From Paramoeba atlantica (taxonomy: Eukaryota > Protista > Discosea), in assembly GCA_977017575.1 (NCBI GenBank), contig CDRNVI010000192.1:1-64000 (forward strand): a stretch of DNA of 64,000 nucleotides, written 5' to 3'. A program made the position numbers and the translations under genes. Positions 1 to 9,447 of the stretch are shown here, piece by piece (the stretch's first letter is position 1; each line of letters opens with the position of its first letter). The notes beneath the pieces are model-generated. The model was given only the letters and a program-made list of their open reading frames with translations. It was not told the origin of the DNA and did no database searches.

Positions 1-128
1 GTGTGAATATCGTACTTTGTAGAGATCCTATATAAAGTATACGCCCATTCAGGGTAAGGTTTACAATAACTATCAAAACATATAGTTGCAGAATAGAATG
101 ATATCAACATTCGTTTTGTCGACCTATA

Positions 129-137
129 ATATAAACT
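129..137. other. Target-site duplication ATATAAAC(T), tail-side copy (partner at 1363-1371)
   Basis: Present once at empty sites (e.g. 15027-15035) and twice around every insertion; the last T is ambiguous with the poly(T). Confidence 0.93.
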
Positions 138-270
138 TTTTTTTTTTTTTTTTTTGTATACTTTTTTGAGTGCAACACTCCAGCACCTGCCGCATCTGCC
201 AACGCGTGAAGTACGAACCTCGTTTTTTTTGTTTGCTCCAATCGTCCAATTAAATTGTCATGCAGTTTTT

Positions 271-662
271 ACATGAAAATAAGCATGCAGGTCACTCACC
301 CTAGTTGTTTAGTACCTTGTTATGTTTGGTACCGGGCAGTGCCGTAGTTCGATCAAAAAATGTTTTTTTTTTCTTTTTTAATATCCTAAAAGAATATGAC
401 ATTTTTTTTTTTTGATAACCTAATATATTATCCCATACCCCGCGCAGCAGGGAGCTGAGCGTCAAAGAAAAAAAAAACCTGTGTGGCAGTCACCCTAGTT
501 GTGTAGTACCTTGTTATATTCGGTACCGGATGGTGCCACAATCAAATCGAAACCGGACAGCAATAAAAGAATCTACAATGTGAAATGTAGAATAAGAAAA
601 CATGAAAATAAGCATGCAGGTCACTCACCCTAGTTGTTTAGTACCTTGTTATGTTTGGTACC
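271..662. repeat. 3' UTR direct repeats: exact 63-bp pair (271-333, 600-662) and a third 38-bp core (490-527)
   Basis: Core TCACCCTAGTTGT(T/G)TAGTACCTTGTTAT(G/A)TT(T/C)GGTACC occurs three times in every element copy. Confidence 0.95.
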
Positions 663-689
663 AGGTGGTGATAGAATCCATTTCATAAG

Positions 690-715
690 ACAGCAGGAAA
701 AAACAGCAGGAAAAA
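690..715. repeat. 13-bp tandem duplication ACAGCAGGAAAAA x2
   Basis: Read directly; present in every copy. Confidence 0.9.
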
Positions 716-723
716 CGAACAAG

Positions 724-812
724 ATCTGGCGTGCAATTCAAGGCGTGCATAATATCTGGCGTGCAATATCTGGCGTGCAATATCTGGCGTGCAGTATCTG
801 GCGTGCATAATA
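724..812. repeat. ~14-bp minisatellite (ATATCT)GGCGTGCA x6
   Basis: GGCGTGCA at 728, 742, 758, 772, 786, 800. Confidence 0.93.
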
Positions 813-863
813 TCAACAACAGAATGTACTATTTTTGAAGCTTTGACTTGAAGCAAAAGCTAA

Positions 864-1361
864 TCATAGTCGTAGACCTCCAACCCATTTTTCAGCCTGA
901 ATATATTGCCGCAATTGAGAAACTACTGCGTATGCAGAATATTTCTCTAACTCAAGCTGAAAGGCTTCTCGTGTTGGCGTATAATCTAGACCTGCCCTCT
1001 TTGCCAATGTTTTTAGTAGCTGTTTAGTCTCCTCGTGCAAGACCCCACAATCAGTAATCGCAATGCAACGGAAACTTTCGGGATCTAAGCCTTTCTCCTT
1101 CACGTATTTATTATTCTTTCTGTCTTGGGCACTCTGGAGCAAGTCATTGCTACTTTGCTTTCGGTAGCTACTGCAACACGTATGAACTACGGTTAAATCG
1201 TATAAAATTTCACCAACGTCGGGCCACAAGATCGCAAGGTCTGGTCCGGATCTGATTCTACGAGCTCGGCATGGGTGTTGTTCTGCTGCTTCTGGGGAAA
1301 TTGAACATTTGCACTTAGTGCAGAAGAATGACGTGTGAATTCGTGGCTCGATTGCACAAGG
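864..1361 (-). pseudogene. Start-less 165-aa C-terminal fragment of a retrotransposon ORF: restriction-like endonuclease domain
   Basis: Hand translation extends the 121-aa track ORF by 44 codons to the junction: PCAIEPRIHTSFFCTKCKCSISPEAAEQHPCRARRIRSGPDLAILWPDVGEILYDLTVVHT...DRKNNKY...FRCIAITDCG. This is the E..PD..D..K..KY layout of RLE retroelements. No ATG; stop is TGA. Confidence 0.88.
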
Positions 1362-1390
1362 GATATAAACTACCTAAATCAAAACTATAC

Positions 1391-1555
1391 GATAGGGCAT
1401 CGCGCCTGGCCGGCGCCACCACCCTCTCGCTACTAACTTTCCACCCCTTTCGCGTTATCAGGGTCTGCCTCGGCATAACAAAGTCGGCTGATTTTGTCCG
1501 CAGGGTTACTTTTCGTGCTCACGTACCGCGCATCTACGGCAATTCCTTGCTTTTT
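1391..1555 (+). ncRNA. Possible unidentified small RNA gene in the host monomer (tentative)
   Basis: GC-rich ~165-nt island with hairpins, a TATA-like motif ~27 nt upstream and a T5 run at its end; no family recognised. Confidence 0.2.
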
Positions 1556-1618
1556 AATTACATTCAAAACCTTTTCAAGTTCGTCAGAAACGCCGGAAGA
1601 TTTCGATATTTTCCTATT

Positions 1619-1655
1619 AAATTATCGAAGTAAAGCAAAAATTATCGAAGTAAAG
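1619..1655. repeat. 17-bp direct repeat AAATTATCGAAGTAAAG x2 (20-bp period) in the host monomer
   Basis: 1619-1635 and 1639-1655; collapsed to one copy at 7224-7240. Confidence 0.92.
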
Positions 1656-1999
1656 TGAAGAAAATATTGTCCTAAGAATCTTCTTCTAAGAAATATTATA
1701 TGAAATAACGAAACAAAAGTACATTACACGTAAACTTTATGCGTAAAAGTGCAGTATATGCTAAAGATGTATTCAAGATTGCACTGGTTGGTGCGTGCAT
1801 GAAACACGTTAACCACTGCACACTTCCTAAAATTCTTTTCGTAAACTCTTAGAATTTCATTTTGTGTGAATATCGTACTTTGTAGAGATCCTATATAAAG
1901 TATACGCCCATTCAGGGTAAGGTTTACAATAACTATCAAAACATATAGTTGCAGAATAGAATGATATCAACATTCGTTTTGTCGACCTATAATATAAAC

Positions 2000-3225
2000 T
2001 TTTTTTTTTTTTTTTTTTGTATACTTTTTTGAGTGCAACACTCCAGCACTGCCGCATCTGCCAACGCGTGAAGTACGAACCTCGTTTTTTTTGTTTGCTC
2101 CAATCGTCCAATTAAATTGTCATGCAGTTTTTACATGAAAATAAGCATGCAGGTCACTCACCCTAGTTGTTTAGTACCTTGTTATGTTTGGTACCGGGCA
2201 GTGCCGTAGTTCGATCAAAAAATGTTTTTTTTTTTCTTTTTTAATATCCTAAAAGAATATGACATTTTTTTTTTTTGATAACCTAATATATTATCCCATA
2301 CCCCGCGCAGCAGGGAGCTGAGCGTCAAAGAAAAAAAAAACCTGTGTGGCAGTCACCCTAGTTGTGTAGTACCTTGTTATATTCGGTACCGGATGGTGCC
2401 ACAATCAAATCGAAACCGGACAGCAATAAAAGAATCTACAATGTGAAATGTAGAATAAGAAAACATGAAAATAAGCATGCAGGTCACTCACCCTAGTTGT
2501 TTAGTACCTTGTTATGTTTGGTACCAGGTGGTGATAGAATCCATTTCATAAGACAGCAGGAAAAAACAGCAGGAAAAACGAACAAGATCTGGCGTGCAAT
2601 TCAAGGCGTGCATAATATCTGGCGTGCAATATCTGGCGTGCAATATCTGGCGTGCAGTATCTGGCGTGCATAATATCAACAACAGAATGTACTATTTTTG
2701 AAGCTTTGACTTGAAGCAAAAGCTAATCATAGTCGTAGACCTCCAACCCATTTTTCAGCCTGAATATATTGCCGCAATTGAGAAACTACTGCGTATGCAG
2801 AATATTTCTCTAACTCAAGCTGAAAGGCTTCTCGTGTTGGCGTATAATCTAGACCTGCCCTCTTTGCCAATGTTTTTAGTAGCTGTTTAGTCTCCTCGTG
2901 CAAGACCCCACAATCAGTAATCGCAATGCAACGGAAACTTTCGGGATCTAAGCCTTTCTCCTTCACGTATTTATTATTCTTTCTGTCTTGGGCACTCTGG
3001 AGCAAGTCATTGCTACTTTGCTTTCGGTAGCTACTGCAACACGTATGAACTACGGTTAAATCGTATAAAATTTCACCAACGTCGGGCCACAAGATCGCAA
3101 GGTCTGGTCCGGATCTGATTCTACGAGCTCGGCATGGGTGTTGTTCTGCTGCTTCTGGGGAAATTGAACATTTGCACTTAGTGCAGAAGAATGACGTGTG
3201 AATTCGTGGCTCGATTGCACAAGGG
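2000..3225 (-). mobile_element. Truncated RLE retrotransposon, copy 2
   Basis: Same junctions, tail and TSD as copy 1. Confidence 0.92.
2727..3224 (-). pseudogene. RLE fragment, copy 2
   Basis: Same translation as copy 1. Confidence 0.85.
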
Positions 3226-3862
3226 ATATAAACTACCTAAATCAAAACTATACGATAGGGCATCGCGCCTGGCCGGCGCCACCACCCTCTCGCTACTAAC
3301 TTTCCACCCCTTTCGCGTTATCAGGGTCTGCCTCGGCATAACAAAGTCGGCTGATTTTGTCCGCAGGGTTACTTTTCGTGCTCACGTACCGCGCATCTAC
3401 GGCAATTCCTTGCTTTTTAATTACATTCAAAACCTTTTCAAGTTCGTCAGAAACGCCGGAAGATTTCGATATTTTCCTATTAAATTATCGAAGTAAAGCA
3501 AAAATTATCGAAGTAAAGTGAAGAAAATATTGTCCTAAGAATCTTCTTCTAAGAAATATTATATGAAATAACGAAACAAAAGTACATTACACGTAAACTT
3601 TATGCGTAAAAGTGCAGTATATGCTAAAGATGTATTCAAGATTGCACTGGTTGGTGCGTGCATGAAACACGTTAACCACTGCACACTTCCTAAAATTCTT
3701 TTCGTAAACTCTTAGAATTTCATTTTGTGTGAATATCGTACTTTGTAGAGATCCTATATAAAGTATACGCCCATTCAGGGTAAGGTTTACAATAACTATC
3801 AAAACATATAGTTGCAGAATAGAATGATATCAACATTCGTTTTGTCGACCTATAATATAAAC

Positions 3863-5104
3863 TTTTTTTTTTTTTTTTTTTGTATACTTTTTTGAGTGCA
3901 ACACTCCAGCACTGCCGCATCTGCCAACGCGTGAAGTACGAACCTCGTTTTTTTTGTTTGCTCCAATCGTCCAATTAAATTGTCATGCAGTTTTTACATG
4001 AAAATAAGCATGCAGGTCACTCACCCTAGTTGTTTAGTACCTTGTTATGTTTGGTACCGGGCAGTGCCGTAGTTCGATCAAAAAATGTTTTTTTTTTTCT
4101 TTTTTAATATCCTAAAAGAATATGACATTTTTTTTTTTTGATAACCTAATATATTATCCCATACCCCGCGCAGCAGGGAGCTGAGCGTCAAAGAAAAAAA
4201 AAACCTGTGTGGCAGTCACCCTAGTTGTGTAGTACCTTGTTATATTCGGTACCGGATGGTGCCACAATCAAATCGAAACCGGACAGCAATAAAAGAATCT
4301 ACAATGTGAAATGTAGAATAAGAAAACATGAAAATAAGCATGCAGGTCACTCACCCTAGTTGTTTAGTACCTTGTTATGTTTGGTACCAGGTGGTGATAG
4401 AATCCATTTCATAAGACAGCAGGAAAAAACAGCAGGAAAAACGAACAAGATCTGGCGTGCAATTCAAGGCGTGCATAATATCTGGCGTGCAATATCTGGC
4501 GTGCAATATCTGGCGTGCAGTATCTGGCGTGCATAATATCAACAACAGAATGTACTATTTTTGAAGCTTTGACTTGAAGCAAAAGCTAATCATAGTCGTA
4601 GACCTCCAACCCATTTTTCAGCCTGAATATATTGCCGCAATTGAGAAACTACTGCGTATGCAGAATATTTCTCTAACTCAAGCTGAAAGGCTTCTCGTGT
4701 TGGCGTATAATCTAGACCTGCCCTCTTTGCCAATGTTTTTAGTAGCTGTTTAGTCTCCTCGTGCAAGACCCCACAATCAGTAATCGCAATGCAACGGAAA
4801 CTTTCGGGATCTAAGCCTTTCTCCTTCACGTATTTATTATTCTTTCTGTCTTGGGCACTCTGGAGCAAGTCATTGCTACTTTGCTTTCGGTAGCTACTGC
4901 AACACGTATGAACTACGGTTAAATCGTATAAAATTTCACCAACGTCGGGCCACAAGATCGCAAGGCCACAAGATCGCAAGGTCTGGTCCGGATCTGATTC
5001 TACGAGCTCGGCATGGGTGTTGTTCTGCTGCTTCTGGGGAAATTGAACATTTGCACTTAGTGCAGAAGAATGACGTGTGAATTCGTGGCTCGATTGCACA
5101 AGGG
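3863..5104 (-). mobile_element. Truncated RLE retrotransposon, copy 3 (16-bp internal duplication)
   Basis: Same junctions; GGCCACAAGATCGCAA duplicated at 4948-4979. Confidence 0.92.
4590..5103 (-). pseudogene. RLE fragment, copy 3, frameshifted
   Basis: The 16-bp duplication puts the EPR/Cys/GPD part out of frame; the 169-aa track ORF has a wrong-frame N-terminus. Confidence 0.85.
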
Positions 5105-5741
5105 ATATAAACTACCTAAATCAAAACTATACGATAGGGCATCGCGCCTGGCCGGCGCCACCACCCTCTCGCTACTAACTTTCCACCCCTTTCGCGTTAT
5201 CAGGGTCTGCCTCGGCATAACAAAGTCGGCTGATTTTGTCCGCAGGGTTACTTTTCGTGCTCACGTACCGCGCATCTACGGCAATTCCTTGCTTTTTAAT
5301 TACATTCAAAACCTTTTCAAGTTCGTCAGAAACGCCGGAAGATTTCGATATTTTCCTATTAAATTATCGAAGTAAAGCAAAAATTATCGAAGTAAAGTGA
5401 AGAAAATATTGTCCTAAGAATCTTCTTCTAAGAAATATTATATGAAATAACGAAACAAAAGTACATTACACGTAAACTTTATGCGTAAAAGTGCAGTATA
5501 TGCTAAAGATGTATTCAAGATTGCACTGGTTGGTGCGTGCATGAAACACGTTAACCACTGCACACTTCCTAAAATTCTTTTCGTAAACTCTTAGAATTTC
5601 ATTTTGTGTGAATATCGTACTTTGTAGAGATCCTATATAAAGTATACGCCCATTCAGGGTAAGGTTTACAATAACTATCAAAACATATAGTTGCAGAATA
5701 GAATGATATCAACATTCGTTTTGTCGACCTATAATATAAAC

Positions 5742-6967
5742 TTTTTTTTTTTTTTTTTTTGTATACTTTTTTGAGTGCAACACTCCAGCACTGCCGCATC
5801 TGCCAACGCGTGAAGTACGAACCTCGTTTTTTTTGTTTGCTCCAATCGTCCAATTAAATTGTCATGCAGTTTTTACATGAAAATAAGCATGCAGGTCACT
5901 CACCCTAGTTGTTTAGTACCTTGTTATGTTTGGTACCGGGCAGTGCCGTAGTTCGATCAAAAAATGTTTTTTTTTTTCTTTTTTAATATCCTAAAAGAAT
6001 ATGACATTTTTTTTTTTTGATAACCTAATATATTATCCCATACCCCGCGCAGCAGGGAGCTGAGCGTCAAAGAAAAAAAAAACCTGTGTGGCAGTCACCC
6101 TAGTTGTGTAGTACCTTGTTATATTCGGTACCGGATGGTGCCACAATCAAATCGAAACCGGACAGCAATAAAAGAATCTACAATGTGAAATGTAGAATAA
6201 GAAAACATGAAAATAAGCATGCAGGTCACTCACCCTAGTTGTTTAGTACCTTGTTATGTTTGGTACCAGGTGGTGATAGAATCCATTTCATAAGACAGCA
6301 GGAAAAAACAGCAGGAAAAACGAACAAGATCTGGCGTGCAATTCAAGGCGTGCATAATATCTGGCGTGCAATATCTGGCGTGCAATATCTGGCGTGCAGT
6401 ATCTGGCGTGCATAATATCAACAACAGAATGTACTATTTTTGAAGCTTTGACTTGAAGCAAAAGCTAATCATAGTCGTAGACCTCCAACCCATTTTTCAG
6501 CCTGAATATATTGCCGCAATTGAGAAACTACTGCGTATGCAGAATATTTCTCTAACTCAAGCTGAAAGGCTTCTCGTGTTGGCGTATAATCTAGACCTGC
6601 CCTCTTTGCCAATGTTTTTAGTAGCTGTTTAGTCTCCTCGTGCAAGACCCCACAATCAGTAATCGCAATGCAACGGAAACTTTCGGGATCTAAGCCTTTC
6701 TCCTTCACGTATTTATTATTCTTTCTGTCTTGGGCACTCTGGAGCAAGTCATTGCTACTTTGCTTTCGGTAGCTACTGCAACACGTATGAACTACGGTTA
6801 AATCGTATAAAATTTCACCAACGTCGGGCCACAAGATCGCAAGGTCTGGTCCGGATCTGATTCTACGAGCTCGGCATGGGTGTTGTTCTGCTGCTTCTGG
6901 GGAAATTGAACATTTGCACTTAGTGCAGAAGAATGACGTGTGAATTCGTGGCTCGATTGCACAAGGG
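5742..6967 (-). mobile_element. Truncated RLE retrotransposon, copy 4
   Basis: Same junctions, tail and TSD. Confidence 0.92.
6469..6966 (-). pseudogene. RLE fragment, copy 4
   Basis: Same translation as copy 1. Confidence 0.85.
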
Positions 6968-7584
6968 ATATAAACTACCTAAATCAAAACTATACGATAG
7001 GGCATCGCGCCTGGCCGGCGCCACCACCCTCTCGCTACTAACTTTCCACCCCTTTCGCGTTATCAGGGTCTGCCTCGGCATAACAAAGTCGGCTGATTTT
7101 GTCCGCAGGGTTACTTTTCGTGCTCACGTACCGCGCATCTACGGCAATTCCTTGCTTTTTAATTACATTCAAAACCTTTTCAAGTTCGTCAGAAACGCCG
7201 GAAGATTTCGATATTTTCCTATTAAATTATCGAAGTAAAGTGAAGAAAATATTGTCCTAAGAATCTTCTTCTAAGAAATATTATATGAAATAACGAAACA
7301 AAAGTACATTACACGTAAACTTTATGCGTAAAAGTGCAGTATATGCTAAAGATGTATTCAAGATTGCACTGGTTGGTGCGTGCATGAAACACGTTAACCA
7401 CTGCACACTTCCTAAAATTCTTTTCGTAAACTCTTAGAATTTCATTTTGTGTGAATATCGTACTTTGTAGAGATCCTATATAAAGTATACGCCCATTCAG
7501 GGTAAGGTTTACAATAACTATCAAAACATATAGTTGCAGAATAGAATGATATCAACATTCGTTTTGTCGACCTATAATATAAAC

Positions 7585-8810
7585 TTTTTTTTTTTTTTTT
7601 TTTGTATACTTTTTTGAGTGCAACACTCCAGCACTGCCGCATCTGCCAACGCGTGAAGTACGAACCTCGTTTTTTTTGTTTGCTCCAATCGTCCAATTAA
7701 ATTGTCATGCAGTTTTTACATGAAAATAAGCATGCAGGTCACTCACCCTAGTTGTTTAGTACCTTGTTATGTTTGGTACCGGGCAGTGCCGTAGTTCGAT
7801 CAAAAAATGTTTTTTTTTTTCTTTTTTAATATCCTAAAAGAATATGACATTTTTTTTTTTTGATAACCTAATATATTATCCCATACCCCGCGCAGCAGGG
7901 AGCTGAGCGTCAAAGAAAAAAAAAACCTGTGTGGCAGTCACCCTAGTTGTGTAGTACCTTGTTATATTCGGTACCGGATGGTGCCACAATCAAATCGAAA
8001 CCGGACAGCAATAAAAGAATCTACAATGTGAAATGTAGAATAAGAAAACATGAAAATAAGCATGCAGGTCACTCACCCTAGTTGTTTAGTACCTTGTTAT
8101 GTTTGGTACCAGGTGGTGATAGAATCCATTTCATAAGACAGCAGGAAAAAACAGCAGGAAAAACGAACAAGATCTGGCGTGCAATTCAAGGCGTGCATAA
8201 TATCTGGCGTGCAATATCTGGCGTGCAATATCTGGCGTGCAGTATCTGGCGTGCATAATATCAACAACAGAATGTACTATTTTTGAAGCTTTGACTTGAA
8301 GCAAAAGCTAATCATAGTCGTAGACCTCCAACCCATTTTTCAGCCTGAATATATTGCCGCAATTGAGAAACTACTGCGTATGCAGAATATTTCTCTAACT
8401 CAAGCTGAAAGGCTTCTCGTGTTGGCGTATAATCTAGACCTGCCCTCTTTGCCAATGTTTTTAGTAGCTGTTTAGTCTCCTCGTGCAAGACCCCACAATC
8501 AGTAATCGCAATGCAACGGAAACTTTCGGGATCTAAGCCTTTCTCCTTCACGTATTTATTATTCTTTCTGTCTTGGGCACTCTGGAGCAAGTCATTGCTA
8601 CTTTGCTTTCGGTAGCTACTGCAACACGTATGAACTACGGTTAAATCGTATAAAATTTCACCAACGTCGGGCCACAAGATCGCAAGGTCTGGTCCGGATC
8701 TGATTCTACGAGCTCGGCATGGGTGTTGTTCTGCTGCTTCTGGGGAAATTGAACATTTGCACTTAGTGCAGAAGAATGACGTGTGAATTCGTGGCTCGAT
8801 TGCACAAGGG
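7585..8810 (-). mobile_element. Truncated RLE retrotransposon, copy 5
   Basis: Same junctions, tail and TSD. Confidence 0.92.
8312..8809 (-). pseudogene. RLE fragment, copy 5
   Basis: Same translation as copy 1. Confidence 0.85.
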
Positions 8811-9447
8811 ATATAAACTACCTAAATCAAAACTATACGATAGGGCATCGCGCCTGGCCGGCGCCACCACCCTCTCGCTACTAACTTTCCACCCCTTTCG
8901 CGTTATCAGGGTCTGCCTCGGCATAACAAAGTCGGCTGATTTTGTCCGCAGGGTTACTTTTCGTGCTCACGTACCGCGCATCTACGGCAATTCCTTGCTT
9001 TTTAATTACATTCAAAACCTTTTCAAGTTCGTCAGAAACGCCGGAAGATTTCGATATTTTCCTATTAAATTATCGAAGTAAAGCAAAAATTATCGAAGTA
9101 AAGTGAAGAAAATATTGTCCTAAGAATCTTCTTCTAAGAAATATTATATGAAATAACGAAACAAAAGTACATTACACGTAAACTTTATGCGTAAAAGTGC
9201 AGTATATGCTAAAGATGTATTCAAGATTGCACTGGTTGGTGCGTGCATGAAACACGTTAACCACTGCACACTTCCTAAAATTCTTTTCGTAAACTCTTAG
9301 AATTTCATTTTGTGTGAATATCGTACTTTGTAGAGATCCTATATAAAGTATACGCCCATTCAGGGTAAGGTTTACAATAACTATCAAAACATATAGTTGC
9401 AGAATAGAATGATATCAACATTCGTTTTGTCGACCTATAATATAAAC

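Larger units (their letters stand above)
137..1362 (-). mobile_element. 5'-truncated RLE-type non-LTR retrotransposon (CRE/SLACS/CZAR-like), copy 1
   Basis: Poly(A)19 on minus strand (137-155), TSD ATATAAAC(T) at 129-137 and 1363-1371, RLE-coding frame 864-1361, absent from empty units. Confidence 0.92.
1363..1991. repeat. Representative 629-bp host monomer (ATATAAACTACCTAAATC...GTCGACCTATA)
   Basis: Near-identical to the monomers of the insertion-free array at 44293-64000; GC-rich part at about 1391-1555, remainder AT-rich. Confidence 0.97.

Noticed and set aside
296-347. Resemblance of the UTR motif to the 3' half of 5S rRNA (TTAGTAC...TACCGGG..GTGC.GTAG)
   Set aside because: Short partial match only; no A box, no GGATGGGAGAC C box, no 5' domain.
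137-480. Copy-to-copy differences in T/A homopolymer length and the extra C near 186 in copy 1
   Set aside because: Single-base homopolymer changes cannot be told apart from long-read consensus error, so they were not used as evidence.
271-662. CRISPR-like repeat-spacer array
   Set aside because: Only 2-3 long repeats with irregular 100-160 bp gaps, inside a eukaryotic retroelement UTR, and no cas genes.
1412-1470. 5S-like CCACCCT...CAGGGT pairing in the GC-rich island
   Set aside because: The universal loop C and internal promoter boxes are missing.
1328-1633. 101-aa plus-strand ORF in every composite unit
   Set aside because: Chimeric: the ATG lies in the element's antisense strand and the rest in host DNA. 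The frame is closed by TAA in empty units and shows no recognisable domain.
1778-1870. U1 snRNA-like words (ATTGCACT, CATGAAACACG, ATTTTGTG)
   Set aside because: The first two are in the wrong order for U1 and there is no ACTTACCTG 5' end.
1786-1912. kDNA minicircle conserved blocks (GGTTGGTG; ATGGGCGT on the minus strand)
   Set aside because: Opposite strands, incomplete CSB-3 and wrong spacing.
1363-1991. Kinetoplastid, euglenid, dinoflagellate or nematode spliced-leader RNA gene as the target
   Set aside because: None of the SL exons I know (e.g. AACTAACGCT...GTTTCTGTACT.TATTG) is present on either strand. Donor-like sites (CAGG|GTAAG on plus, TTTAG|GTAG on minus) lack a clear Sm site and SL fold. 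A novel SL cannot be excluded.
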